From Haliotis rubra (Eukaryota): a stretch of 64,000 nt of DNA. Under the pieces are notes generated by a model. That model was given only the letters and a program-made list of their open reading frames with translations, did not search any database and was not told the DNA's origin. The position numbers and the translations under genes were made by a program. Numbering within the stretch: the stretch's first letter is position 1; each line of letters starts with the position of its first letter. This document shows, piece after piece, positions 27,501 to 42,200 of the stretch. Location of the stretch: positions 186,001 to 250,000 of the forward strand of contig NW_025766981.1 in the NCBI RefSeq assembly GCF_003918875.1. Reading direction: 5' to 3'.

Positions 27501-29076
27501 TAACCGTGTACGGAATTGAATATAAATCGTCTTTGGGGTGGCGAAAGCCTTAAACACCGTGGCCCTTGTCCCAAAGCCATTAATTTGAGATTGAACATGA
27601 CTAAGTGTACATATATGTTCGGACTTCTGGTGTCAAACATAATCATCCAAGTCGCACATTCTAACCATCCAATCCACAATCGACTCAACGAGAACTATAG
27701 CCTAAATGCAATTATTTCAAAATTTAATTAGTGACAAAAGATATGTTCGATAATTCCTAATTTGACTAGTACCATCCGTTCCAGATTTTTTCAGGTGCAA
27801 AATTAGCCTTTGCCTATGTATCTGACGGGTGTCACTGGTCAAGACACACTCACCCTTTCGCGAACATCTGTATATATCACTGTTTTGACAGTCATAGACA
27901 CATGCCCATGATTTAGCCGGAATTGTACACTCGATTTCGCTTTTAAAATATATTTCTTACGACTGTGGAAGGTGTTTTGTCGCTTTTGGTATGAAGAGCA
28001 TAAAACCCTGTAGATTCCAACTGTTTTAGGTGCCGTGTTCAGTGTGATTGACCTCAGCGAGGTGGTCTCAACTGGAGTGTTTACGATGGTTGGAGGGCTG
28101 CTGTACGAGGTAACACTGGCGATATTTCGCGGCTTCGTCTTCATTGCATTCGCTGTCGCCCTTCTTGCTGTTGCTGCAGCTCTGTTGTGAGTAAACATTG
28201 TGTTTGATATTGTAGTCACATCACTGTTAAGCGTAGGCATCACGTTTTTGTTCCTGGCAGGATTCCCAAATTCACGCAATACTCCTGGTAGAAGGAGATC
28301 GGTTGGTGAGTGAAGCGGGAGGCGCTTGTTCTTGTGGAACATAGGGCGATTGGAATTAACAGTGGCCACGTTCCTGGTAGTAGAAGACAGGGTGATCAGA
28401 ATAAACAGCGGCTACGTTCCTGGTAGTAGAAGACAGGGTGATCAGAATAAACAGCGGCTACGTTCCCGGAAGTAGAAGACATGGTGATGAGAATAAACAG
28501 AAGCGACCTTCCCGGTAGTAGAAGATGGGGTGATGACAATAAGGAGAAGCCATGTTCCTGGTTTTGTGGAAAGATAGGGTGATCAGAATAAACAGAAGCG
28601 ACCTTCCCGGTAGTACAAGATAGGGTGATGAGAATAAATAGAAGCGAACTTCGCGGTAGTACAAGATAGGGTGATGAGAATAAACAGAAGCGACGTTCCC
28701 GGTAGTAGAAGATAGGATGATGGAAACAAAGTTTTATCGTTCCTGGGAGTAGAAGGTAGGGTCATGGGAATAAACAGCGGCCACATTGCTGGTAGTCATC
28801 TAGAGCACATCATTTGTGACCATTATAGTCGAGGGTGGATTAAAGAATCTGGGTCCCGATCCAAAAAGCGTTCGTAAATTTACACTTGTCGTTACCTTCA
28901 CCATCGTTATAGGTCATCATAGGCTTTTGATTGTCGTATCGAAATGAACGTTTTTGTGGATCATGACCCTGCATCGAAACTTGATGAAAGAATTTGCTTT
29001 CCATAAAAATGCAATTATTTTTATTTCATCATTCTTCAGCATCGCCAAACGACTCCATGACCGCAGGGCAGAATGA
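24548..29076 (+). CDS. SLC46/PCFT-like major facilitator superfamily transporter (spliced; first coding exon not identified)
   Basis: Phase-consistent GT-AG exons: 24548-25609, 26443-26526, 28030-28186, 29040-29076 (TGA). Many hydrophobic helices, MFS motif A (GGLSDVFGRK), 'STVADIT...SRSWRM', 'LIPET', and the SLC46-like 'LMRGFMSSLATPDQQGAVFS'. The acceptor at 24547 requires a phase-1 upstream exon. Confidence 0.88.
26107..26433 (+). mobile_element. Family-B SINE-like repeat (with a nested inverted family-A fragment) inserted at an MFS splice acceptor
   Basis: Flanked by CTGTTTCAG(T/C)GG direct repeats at 26095-26106 and 26434-26445. Confidence 0.85.
26876..27108. repeat. Two-copy ~117-bp tandem duplication
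   Basis: GTTATAACGAACTACAATTAGTAGTCTC...GAACAAATACTCC occurs twice. Confidence 0.85.
27241..27405 (-). mobile_element. tRNA-derived SINE, family A
   Basis: Full-length copy with 14-bp TSD TCAAACTTGAAGAC. Confidence 0.9.
28370..28797. repeat. 46-bp minisatellite (~9 copies) in the last MFS intron
   Basis: Unit GTTCCTGGTAGTAGAAGACAGGGTGATCAGAATAAACAGCGGCTAC. Confidence 0.85.
28852..28968. mobile_element. Degenerate Harbinger-like MITE
   Basis: Imperfect TIRs GGTCCCGATCCAAAAAGCGTTC / GAACGTTTTTGTGGATCATGACC with a CTG TSD. Confidence 0.55.
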
Positions 29077-29314
29077 ATGACAGAATGAAGGACGGAGGCG
29101 AAGGACGACGAGTGCATAAATATATACTTTGAGGAAATAAGAGACGTTTAGAGAACGGGATAAACGCAAAACCAAATTGTTCGTTCTAATTATTATTATT
29201 TAATGGAAGATTCTGGTTGCAAAACAGCATGAATATAAGTTTAGGGATAACATGATCAACACGAATGTCTACCAGTATTCCGGCTTCTTTGAGATGCATT
29301 TTAGAAGTTGTAAG

Positions 29315-29447
29315 GATGAAGGAAAACCAAGTTCTATAGATAGCCAACTTCTTTATATCACTTGATAACGGTGTTAGTATCTACACCGAAACGTCGCATT
29401 CATTGCAATAAAGAAGTTGACCATAGAACTCGGTTTTCCTCCATCTA
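29315..29447 (+). other. Penelope-type terminal hairpin with a hammerhead-ribozyme-like core
   Basis: Inverted arms enclose TTGATAA-C-GGTG..CACC-GAAAC-GTC, followed by AATAAA at 29407-29412. Confidence 0.5.
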
Positions 29448-30204
29448 CCAGCATTGTAATATTTTACCTGTATTCACTTATCAGTTCCATTTGACATTTG
29501 AAAATAAGTACACGACAGTGAAAAGAACTGTTGAGATTATACTTTGTGTGAGTTTTACGTCGCTTTTAGCAGTATTCCAGCAATGTCACGGCAGGGTGAC
29601 ACAAGGAATGGCTTCAGACATTGTACCCATATGGGGAATCGAACCCAGGTCTTCAGCTTGATGAGCAAACACTTTAACCACAAGCCCAGGTTATTCTGTG
29701 ACAAAATAATTAGTAATACTCAAATGAATACTAATACTAACGTACAAGTAGATCAGCAATAGGATGATGTTCACCTTCAGTGTGTCCATAATATCTCAAT
29801 TATAATGATAACATTAGATACACCTCGGTTCTGCAACTCATACTCCTTTCTCGTACACCACGTACTGGCTGGAGTGGACACTGTTGGTGAAATGGTCGTT
29901 TACTTCGAACATTTTGTCAGTGCAATATGGCGGGGGTTCCACAAACGTTTGGTAAGCATCTAAGATCCTGATTGGTTCCAACAACAACCCAGCACGACAT
30001 GACATAACGGACGTATTGTTCAAGCCAAACAATGTTTAAACTAAATTAACCTCACTGGATGCTATCTGAGACAAATCATTTCGAATCGAAGGCACCATGA
30101 CGTACCATTCATGGTAAATCCGTCATCACAAATAAACGATGATCATGCAGCCGTAGACGACATGGTCTATCACTCCACCGTGGTACGTCCGATGTTAAGA
30201 AACG

Positions 30205-33200
30205 TCAATCTGTTAGTTTGGAGATACAGGCCCGACAAGCCTCTCGGATCCTCTCCGATGTAGCTGGCACCCGCAAATCGAAATCAGCGTCACAGCCATT
30301 CTCCTTCCGACAATCCAAGATGGCGGCTTTCAGTGCGAGGTACACCGACATAGCAATGCATATCGACGCTTCCCCGATACCCTGTCATAAAACAAACAAA
30401 CGAAAACAATTTAAATACTTGATGCCGTACACAACGAAATGTTTTGGTTATTGTTGCCATATATTTATTATTTATATTTATTTATGGTGTTTTAGACGGA
30501 GAAGATTTGTCTTTGTGAACATGTCATTTGTTTAACTTGAAATTCTTCACATTCGGATACATGCATGACCTTAAAGATAGACTATGTAGTGTTTAATGCC
30601 TTGGTTAGTAATCGAGCATGAATATCAGATTATGCGCGTTGGATATATAATTATCTTCCGTTTAGGGTCGATAGTTCATAATCGCGGCTATGGTGTTTTG
30701 ATGCTGGGTTTGGTAAAATAAACAAAATATGTTCGGTTCCTCTTTGAACAGATCCTCACAAATGGTTGTATTAGTAATCGGAGACCCTAATCTGCAAACA
30801 ATTAAGTTTGTATTCGCTGTGACGTCGGATAAAGCAGTCTGACACTGGTGATTGCTCCCGAATGGTGCATTATACATTTTCTTACTCTGAATGTTAAATG
30901 GACTCAAGAAATGATTAAAGATATTAGGAAAGTGAAGACTGAAATTCTGTATGTTGTTATTGAGAACGAAAATATTGATTTAGTTGTATACAACAATATT
31001 TTTTGACCAGTATTGATTCGAATCACTCAGTTGGAATGCCAACACGTAGCATATCTATCACAAAATGTTGATGGCGAGTGTCTTTCTTACGATCCTTATG
31101 CTTTTCAAATTTATAATCCAATGCTCTCTCTGTTCTGTACAGCATTTATTCAAACCATTTTACTTTTTAAAGTTCATTTCCGGTATGGGAGCCTGACTCA
31201 TAAAATGAATCTAACATACAATCATAAAAATGTAAAATACCAAGCAAAGTGTCAGGTGCCCAATACCAACGCATCGGCGATGTCTTTGAGCAGCAAATTG
31301 TCAGAAAGGTATGTAACTTACTAAATGACAATCGTCATAAAACTATACTTCATTCAGAACTTTCCGTCCGCCAACTACCGATGTTGGAAACAAACGGGTC
31401 ACGGAAATAATTAATAACAACCACTATTATCCTTTTAAATGATTATCTGTTAAACACATTTTAACAACTCACAATAAACCAATATTATCCCGCCACTATA
31501 CCAAGTTTACTATGGTGGTGATATTAAGCATACTATATATACATACGTTTACATTTTCATTCGTTGTCGTCATTGTGACAGTGTTTTTATTTGTGGTTAT
31601 ATTGTTAAATATGTTAAATGTTAAATACGTTTCTGAATTTATTATGTTCATATTTTTTTGTCATATATTCCCTTTTTCATATTTTTGTGCCAATCATCTG
31701 TGCAGTATGAAATTCCCTTGGGAAAATAAAGCCTTATCTCATCTAATATCGCTCTCTTATTGTGCTGTATTGTCTAATAATGTGCATGGATCGTTGCCTG
31801 TAACATCTGAAGTGTCTCTTCCAGCCAAACATTGCTGAGCAAAGAGTAAAGGTAAAAACCCAAATTAAGATCGATCAATCTGAGATCTAACTTTTGAAGC
31901 AAAGGTAAAAATCAGTTTGATATTAATTTAATGTGGTGAAAAGAGCATTAGAAACCTTAAGGAAACACAGAACTGACCTTGGAGGAGTAAATACCATGTG
32001 GGTTGTTGCTGTCCTTGAGCAAGGACACGTTGAGTTTCCGGGGGATGTTCCTCACGGTGGGTATCTTGTATTCACCAGGTCCCTCCTTCACCATCCATCC
32101 ATCCTCAGACACCACGGCGCTCTCCAGCAACATGTGCCCACAGCCCTGGAAGATGAACAAACTGAACATGTCCGGTATAGTAAGAAACATCGGCGTTGAA
32201 CTTTGAAATCACTTGTGTCCAATATAACAAGCCAGAAACAAGGACAGATACAGGCGGCTAACGGGATCGGGTCGTCAGGCTCGCTGACTTGGTTGACACA
32301 TGTCATCGCATCCCAATCGATAGATCGATGCTCATTATGTTGATGACTTTATTGTCTTGATCATTTACAGACCGCCGCCATATAGCTGGAATATTGCTGA
32401 TACATACTGGTGTTTCTGTAGTGAGGTGAGGTGAGGTGAAATTGGGTTTAACGTCGTGCTTGAGAATTTTTCGCTCATATGACGACGTGCATGCGTGTGT
32501 ATGTGTATGTGCGGCTGCTTGTACTAGCCCAGACTTAAGCTGGTTTTATAGTGCTAGCTCACTGAGATACCATGCCGCAGTGAAGCATGAATATCCCACT
32601 CAGACACAGTATACTAACTCCCAGCCGACCAGTCCTTGTTGCACCCTTTAATGCCGAGCGCCAGGCAGGGACCAACAAGTACCATATTTTAACGTCTTTT
32701 GGTATGACGCGGTCGAGGATCGAATCCGCGACCTTCCGCTCTCCGGGCGGACGCTTGGAGTAGAAAGAGTGTATTCCAAATTTTCTAAAGGAATTGAAAA
32801 AACCTTTCATGCTTTGTAGATGTGGTTGTTGATGACGATCTGCAAAAAATGTCGACTTGTTTGGGGTTGAAGAACTAACAATATGATGTTTTGTCCCCGC
32901 CTATTCACTCTAGGCAACTGACATGTAACCCTTAAATATAAGAACCCGGTGGTTGTGTTTCACAGAGGAAGTTCGCCAAGTGACGCTTCGTGTAGGTGTT
33001 GCATACGTCCGTATTCGATCATCCTGTTTCAGACTCTGTGCCAGACGTCTTCTCTCATCCATGGGCAACAAAAGGGACAGGATGGTTACGTTGTTTAACG
33101 CCATCAGCAAGGTTCCGGCAAAGGCGGCGGTATGTAATGGTTCGAGTGTTGACCAGACAGTCCAGTGATCAAGCAAAGTATTGATCTAGTCTGGATCCAT

Positions 33201-36200
33201 GACAGTCCAGTGATCAACAGATCCTGACCACCCGATCCCGTTAGTCGCCTCTTACTACAAGCATGGGTTGCTGAAGACATTTTGAACCTCCGAAGTTCAA
33301 TACTATGATTTACAATATGATAAATACTAAAAACAATATTTTGCGATGTTTGCAACCAGACAAGACGAATACTATACATGTATTTCAATTCCTTATGACC
33401 ATGACTGATCTCATTGAAACTGACCATTTGGAAAGCGCCCTCTATCTGTCCGAGGTCAATCCCGGGGTTGAGGCTCCGACCAACATCGATGACCATGTCC
33501 GTCTGGAGGATCTGGATCAGGACAAACGCACGTGAAATATAATAACATCTCACAAACATGACGAAAATTGATAATGGCTATGAAGAAGGAAAGTCAATAT
33601 TAATGATAAGAAATATGATAACATGTTATACCTGACGCTACCCTGGAGGTTGAATTCTTGACTCTCGCCTGCTGGCGGACATATCTGACTTTCCCCTGTA
33701 TGTGGACATATCTGACTTTCCCCTGTACGTGGACATACCTGACTTTCCCCTGTAAGTAGACATACCTGACGTTACCCTGTAAGTGGACATACTTGACGTT
33801 ATCCTGTATGTGGACATACCTGACGTTACCCTGTAAGTGGACATACCTGACGTTATCCCGTAAGTGGACATACCTGACGTTATTCCGTAAGTGGACATAC
33901 CTGACGTTATCCTGTAAGTGGACATATCTGACTTTCCCCTGTAAGTGGACATACCGAACGTTACCCTGTAAGTGGACATACCTAACGTAATCCTGTACGT
34001 GGACATACCTGACGTTATCCTGTAAGTGGACATACCTGACGTTATCCTGTAAGTGGACATACCTGGCGTTATCCAGAACGTGGACATACCTGACGTTATC
34101 CTGTAAGTGGACTTCCCTGACGTTATCCTGTAAGTGGACATACCTGACGTTATCCTGTAAAGTGGACATACCTAACGTTATCCTGTAAGTGGACATACCT
34201 AACGTTACCCTGTAAAGTGGACATATCTGACTTTCCCCTGTAAGTGGACATACCTAACGGTAGCCTGCAAGTGGACATACCTGGTGTTATCCTGTAAGTG
34301 ACATACCTGACGTTATCCTGTACGTGGACATACCTGACGTTATCCTGTAAGTGGACATACCTGACGTTATCCTGTAAGTGGACATACCTGACGTTACCCT
34401 GTAAGTGGACATACCTGACGTTATCCTGTAAGTGGACATACCTGACGTTATCCTGTAAGTGGACATACCTAACGTTACCCTGTAAGTGGACATACCTGAC
34501 GTTATCCTGTATGTGGACATACCTGACTTTCCCCTGTATGTGGACATACTTTTACGTTACCCTGTAAGTGGACATACCTGACGTTACCCTGTATGTGGAC
34601 ATACCTGACTTTTCCCTTTATGTGGACATACTTACGTTACCCTGTAAGTGGACATACCTGACGTTATCCTGAAAGTGGACATACCTGACGTTACCCTGTA
34701 AGTGGACATACCTGACTTTCCCCTGTAAAATGGACATACCTGACGTTACCCCTGTAAGTGGACATACCTAACGTTACCCTGTAAGTGGACATACCTGATG
34801 TTATCCTGTAAGTGGACATACCTAACGTTACCCTGTAAGTGGACATACCTAGCGTTATCCTGTAAGTGGACATACCTAGCGTTATCCTGTAAGTGGACAT
34901 ATCTGACTTTCCCCTGTAAGTGGACATACCTAACGTTATCCTGTAAGTGGACATACCTGACGTTACCCTGTACGTGGACATACCTGATGTTATCCTGTAA
35001 GTGGACATACCTGACGTTACCCTCTAAGTGGACATACCTGACGTTACCCTGTAAGTGGACTGGACATACCTGACGTTATCCTGTAAGTGGACATACCTAA
35101 CGTTATCCTGTAAGTGGACATACCTAACGCTGTATGTGGACATACCTAACGTTATCCTGTAAGTGGACATACCTAACGTTATCCTGTAAGTGGACATACC
35201 TGATGTTATCCTGTAAGTGGACATACCTGACGTTACCCTGTACGTGGACATACCTGACGTTACTCTGTAAGTGGACATACCTGACGTTATCTTGTTAGTG
35301 GACATACATAACGTTACCCTGTAAGTGGACATATCTGACTTTCCCCTGTAAGTGGACATACCTAACGGTGGCTTGCAAGTGGACATACCTGGTGTTATCC
35401 TGTAAGTGACATACCTGACGTTATCCTGTACGTGGACATACCTGACGTTATCCTGTACGTGGACATACCTGACGTTATCCTGTACGTGGACATACCTGAC
35501 GTTACCCTGTAAGTGGACATACCTGACGTTATCCTGTAAGTGGACATACCTGACGTTATCCTGTAAGTGGACATACCTGACGTTACCCTGTAAGTGGACA
35601 TACCTGACGTTACCCTGTATGTGGACATACCTGACTTTTCCCTTTATGTGGACATACTTACGTTACCCTGTAAAGTGGACATACCTGACGTTACCCTGTA
35701 AGTGGACATACCTAACGTTACCCTGTAAGTGGACATACCTGATGTTATCCTGTAAGTGGACATACCTAACGTTACCCTGTAAGTGGACATACCCTAGCGT
35801 TATCCTGTAAGTGGACATACCTAGCGTTATCCTGTAAGTGGACATATCTGACTTTCCCCTGTAAGTGGACATACCTAACGTTATCCTGTAAGTGGACATA
35901 CCTGACGTTACCCTGTACGTGGACATACCTGATGTTATCCTGTAAGTGGACATACCTGACGTTACCCTCTAAGTGGACATACATAACGTTACCCCTGTAA
36001 GTGGGCATACCTGACGTTACCCTGTAAGTGGACTGGACATACCTGATGTTATCCTGTAAGTGGACATACCTAACGTTATCCTGTAAGTGGACATACCTAG
36101 CGCTGTATGTGGACATACCTAACGTTATCCTGTAAGTGGACATACCTAACGTTATCCCTGTAAGTGGACATACCTGATGTTATCCTGTAAGTGGACATAC

Positions 36201-39200
36201 CTGACGTTACCCTGTACGTGGACATACCTGACGTTACCCTGTAAGTGGACATACCTGACGTTATCTTGTTAGTGGACATACATAACGTTACCCTGTAAGT
36301 GGACATATCTGACTTTCCCCTGTAAAGTGGACATACCTAACGGTAGCTTGCAAGTGGACATACCTGGTGTTATCCTGTAAGTGACATACCTGACGTTATC
36401 CTGTACGTGGACATACCTGACGTTATCCTGTACGTGGACATACCTGACGTTACCCTGTACGTGGACATACCTGACGTTATCCTGTAAGTGGACATACCTG
36501 ACGTTATCCTGTAAGTGGACATACCTGACGTTACCCTGTAAGTGAACATACCTGGCGTTATCCTGTATGTGGACATACCTGACTTTGCCCTGTATGTGGA
36601 CATACTTACGTTACACTGTAAGTGGACATACCTGACGTTACCCTGTATGTGGACATACCTGACTTTACCCTGTATGTGGACATACCTGACTTTCCCCTTT
36701 ATGTGGACATACTTACGTTACCCTGTAAGTGGACATGCCTGACTTTGCCCTGTAAGTGGACATACCTGACATACCTGACGTTACCCTGTAAGTGGACATA
36801 CCTAACGTTACCCTGTAAGTGGACATACCTAGCGTTACCCTGTAAGTGGACATACCTAGCATTATCCTGTAAGTGGACATACCTAGCGTTATCCTGTAAA
36901 GTGGACATATGTGACTTTCCCCTGTAAGTGGACATACCTGACGTTATAATGTAAGTGGACATATCTGACATTACCCTGTAAGTGGACATACCTAACGTTA
37001 TCCTGTAAGTGGACATACCTGACGTTACCCTGTAAGTGGACATACATAACGTTACCCTGTAAGTGGACATATCTGACTTTCCCCTGTAAGTGGACATACC
37101 TGACGTTACCCTGTAAGTGGACATACCTGACGTTATCCTGTAAGTGGACATACCTGACGTTATCCTGTAAGTGGACATACCTGACGTTATCCTGTAAGTG
37201 GACATACCTGACGTTACCCTGTAAGTGGACATACCTGACGTTACCCTGTAAGTGGACATACCTGACTTTCCCCTGTAAGTGGACATACCTGACGTTATCC
37301 TGTAAGTGGACATGCCCTTTGCTCTCCTGCAAACATACACACCTGACATTCTCCTGTAAGACAATCCACTTCCACCTCGGAACACCCTGCGCCATATGTC
37401 ATATACTCGCATTGACGGCCTTTGCCGGTGTTGAAATCGTAGCCGCCCTTTTCACGTGAACTGGCAACCACAATATTGCAAGATGATGTTATGGAGTTTC
37501 ATATCTATAATGTAATTGTACCATTAATCTTCGGTATCCAAGTACTCTCACCGATTACTAAAAAACAAATATTTAGACGAACTTCTATCATTCAGGATAA
37601 TTACAGGCGAAAGACGAAAAACTGGAAGAACCGTTTCAGATTAGTACGCTAGCTATACGCTGTGACCCGTAACTAGATTTTGAAATGAGGGCATGTCTGT
37701 GTAGGGATGAGGGGTGAAAGATAACCAATTTGGACCGGGTCTTTCAGAGAACACCTGAAGAACAGACGCTGTTACCTGTAGTATCCGGCTGCCGACAGAT
37801 TAACATTGGTCATGTAAGCCTCCTGTACCTGAAAACAGATATGTGGACAGAGAACAGTGACGGCTGTTTGGATTTGGTAGGCAGGATGCTGGGACAAGGC
37901 AAATGATATAGATTCACATAAAGGATGAGATCTGGAAGTGACCTACCCAGTCCTTCCAGGTCTTGTCGGGGTTGTTCTTCTTGATGGGCTCCAGCCGTCG
38001 CGTTATCTCCTCACACGCATCCTGCAACAACCAGAACATTGATAGTGGACATGGTGTGATCAAAGACGTTAAACAATGGTTTCTTTATAACTCAGTATTG
38101 AAGAGTGTCACATATATCAGAGGATCTGTTTGAATCTACCGCGTAGGCAGTAAGCAATAATTGTACACAATAATAGGCAGTAGGTGCGAATGATAAAGTA
38201 ATGATTCTGAAACCTGTGCCCGCATCTGAAACCAGCTGACTGCCATGACTTCTCGCGTATTTGACCAGGCTTAGGGTCCTTAAAGTAACAGTCGGCCTGA
38301 AACTTACATTGTACAGTACAACCAGAAATTATTGAGAATTTAAAGATTGTAATTTTTTATAGTTTTTTCACTCAGTTCCCACGTATTAATGTGAATATTA
38401 GCAGAACATAACTCCAGGTGAACAGTTAGTGAGACAGGTGAACAGTTAGTATTTTGTCAAGTCACCATGGGCAGCAATGCAGGCTTCAATGCGGCGGGGC
38501 ATACTACTGATCAAAGAAGTTAGAAAGTCGTGATCCATGCTGTCCAAATATCGGACCACCTCTTCTTTCATTTCAGCAATATTTGTCAGATTTTTCTTAT
38601 TGACACTTTCCTTCATAAGTCCCCAAACATTTTCTATTGGATTTAGGTCAGGGTTATAGTTTGGCCAATCTAATAATGTCATATTTTGGGTCTGAAACCA
38701 GGCCTGTGAATGCTTTGAACGATGTTTTGGGTCGTTGTTTTGCTGGAAAATCCAAAATTTCCATAGAACACGTGAGCGGATGGAAGTAAATGGCCCTCGA
38801 GAATATCTTTTGTACCGCTCACTGTTCATATTCCCTTCGAATACACAGAGGGGCGTTGCCACCCACACGTTAAATTTCGGACTGTACTTTGGGCGCTGAT
38901 AAAACGGTTTTCAGTTTGTTGGGTCCAGAATTTTAAGTGTATTAGGAAACAGCCACACAGAACTTTCATCTGAGAAAATCACATTGTCCCAGTTAAAATT
39001 TCTATGCTGTAAGCACCAGTTCAACCTTCGCTCCTTTTGTTCAGGTTTCATGATCGGTGATGGAATTCCTCGACTTTTCTGCCAACCCATTGCATGCAGC
39101 TCAGTTCCAATTGTCTCCTTACAGACAGCCACAGTTCCTCTATCAATCATATCCAGCCTTAAGTTTTCTAAACTCCTTCGTTTGTTTTTAGAAACAAGAA

Positions 39201-42200
39201 TACCAAGCCGCCTCCTGTCATCGACAGTCAATTTTCTGGGCCTACCTGCGCCTCCCTGGTGCTCAATGCCATATCCATTTGCAATATTTTTCAAAACACG
39301 ATAAACAGTGGACAAAGGGATGCCTGTTCTACTTGAAATCACTTTAGCTGATCTGATGTCCTTGTTATAATACTCTAAAATCAACTTCCTCTTCTCTAAA
39401 TTATCCATACGGAGGATCACTGCAAATGTCGTCTGCTAGCAAGTAAACAAAGGGGGATAACTCTTCACAAACTAATGAAAAAGGATTAACGGAGTTGTCT
39501 CTCTTGAATGAAACCAAGCACTTGATAGCTGGTCAAGGTTGTTTATACTAGAAATCCAATTAAACATATTCCTAAAATTCTCAATAATTTCTGGTCATAC
39601 TATATCACCATTGATAGGAGAGAACGTAAGAGCTACTAAGTCACGTGAGTCAAGTTTGTACTGACGGAATGTTGAAGCAATGTGTTACACTTTAACTGTG
39701 AGACACCTACTTTCACCGCCATGCCGTTTAGATCTGTACTGACACTGGCTCCCGTCGACGATGTATTGGGAACAGTGTTGGTGCTCGTCTCGGCGATGTG
39801 GATGGTGCTAGCTGGTATTCCAAGGACATGTGACGCCACCTGGTTTATGATCGGACCACTGTATTAACGTAACTGTTGTTACATCACAGGACATACACAG
39901 AGATGGTTTGGTAGACCATCAACGATTACTGTTACGCAGCAGTGGAAGACTTAAAAATAAGTTCATTATAGTTTTACTTACAGAAACATGAACCAACGAA
40001 ATATTTCAACGGTACTATATACAGCAATATGTCCTAATTTGACATAACACGACACGGTCCTTATGTGACCACCGAAACCACCATATGGTCCAATTGAAGT
40101 CCTTATTTGACTTCTTACAATTATGCCCTGATTTGGCACTATAAGAGACAGTCGCCGACAGCGTGGCTGCTCTATCGAAAAACAAAACGAACTCCTGCCT
40201 AGTTCAGTGACAATGTACACTGTCGCAAGCTATTGCGCAATTCTGCACGTGGTTCACGCACGGCTATCCACCTCTTTTGAAGTGGTGCGTTCGTGCGAAT
40301 GTTTGGGTTTGTTCGGACCTACTGTCCAATTACTATAGTCGTTAAAGATGTTAGGGAGTATCAGAACAGTCACTGGTTTTAGCATCACCTGTATCATCTT
40401 GATGTAGAGTCCCTGGCCCATCTCCGTCCCTCCCTGGGTCAGCAGCACCGAGCCGTCCACGTACACGTGCACCAGAGCACCTGCCTACATACCAACATGT
40501 TCCCGTACAAACATTTGGAAGAACGGTTGAGGAAATAATGGACATCTAACAGGAACGGATTAAACTTTCCGATGGCTTTGTTGCAGTGATTCTGCAGCTA
40601 ACTCAAATATTTTGAAGATAACGAAAATGTACACGTACCTTACAAAGAAATCTGTCTTTGAAGCCGACGCCAAAGCGATAGGGAACCATCGCAAAGCCAC
40701 GTTTCTTCCAACGATTGTGTCTGTAGTATGTCAACACTGAGGTTCAAGTCAATACAACAGATACAGAATATACGTGAATTGCAAAGTCATTGACATATGT
40801 ATAATACCAGAAATAAGCGAAGTACTTCCGAATGATTCGTTTGTTTTCCTGTACACAGAAAATATAAACATAAGAGAAGACGCAGTCCACTCGTCGTGGC
40901 TGGTATGTTTATAAACCCTACAGAGGTGTTTATAAGCTTATGCCATCCTACACTCATACCTAGTAAACTGTTGTACCTTTCTCGCATGTTCAATATGTGT
41001 AACGGTCATATCGGGATAGTTGCACATGACATACCTGTGAAACTGTTGCACCTGACCCTATCAGGAAATACGTAGATAGCTCTTGTACATGGCCCACCTG
41101 GTAAACCCCTTCATCTGATTCACCTGCTAAATCTATACACGTGGCATACCTGTAAAACTGTTGAGCTTGAACCTATCAGAAAATACTTTGATAGCTCTTG
41201 CACATGGCTCATCTGGTAAATTAAACCCCTTCATCTGATTCAACTGCTAAATTCGCACATGTGGCATACCTGTAAAACTGTTGCACCTGACTCACCTGTT
41301 AAACTCCTTCGCCCTTGTATTCCGGACTTCATACTGACTTTCCTCCAGACACTGACGCCAACACCGAGACAGCGTGCAGTTGTCCAGCAACATCGTCGTC
41401 ACCATGACGTCACCCTCTCTCAACATGTTCATCTCACGCACCTGCCAACAGCATTCTACATAGATATCCGATACTAGGATCGGGTGTGGGTGCGGGTGCG
41501 GGTGTTGGTGTTGGTGTTGGTGTTGGTTTGGTGTGGGTTCGAGTTCAAAGGTGCGGTTCGGGTTCGTTGGTTCGGGTGTGGGTGTGGGTGTGGTGGGTGT
41601 GGGTGTTGGTGTGGGTGTGGATGTGTCTGCGAGTGCGTATGCTCTATTGACATGTCATCTAACATTGTCTGGTCCAGACTCGATTATTAACAGACCGCCA
41701 CCATATAGTTGGAACATTGCTGAGTACGGCGTTAAACAACAAACCAACAAAACAAACATATACGACAATATATTGTATTGCCAAAACGAAACCTATCATA
41801 GGCATGTCAGCATAAGGTGTAAATGCCAAATACTGAATGGGTGAGGGTATTGTGGAAGGATTAATCCAGGTCACCAAGTCCAACAAGGAATTATTATATT
41901 CAATATATACCTTGGCTTCAGCCATGTTGAGCCTGCTGGCAACCTTTGTCATTATCACCTCCGACACCAGGAAACTGTCAGGCAGACCGAACCCTCTGAG
42001 GGCTGTATTAGGTGGAGTGTTCGTCTTACACAGGTAGCCCCGTTATACGGCAGTTGGGGTAACGGTACGCTGACTCGAAGTTCAACACACTCAACTGCAG
42101 AACCTGTGAACATATGAAACGTAACTAGGGTAGACATGTGATTATGATGTCGAACACTATTGTCGTAGGGATTGATCTTGTATATTCTGCGAGAAAATAT

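Noticed and set aside
27839-28369. 176-aa minus-strand ORF
   Set aside because: Antisense shadow of the MFS exon 28030-28186.
33600-37412. Long ORFs with MSTYRITSG / YVHLQDNVR repeats
   Set aside because: Translations of the 27-bp intronic minisatellite. Only 37343-37460 is a real exon, in a different frame.
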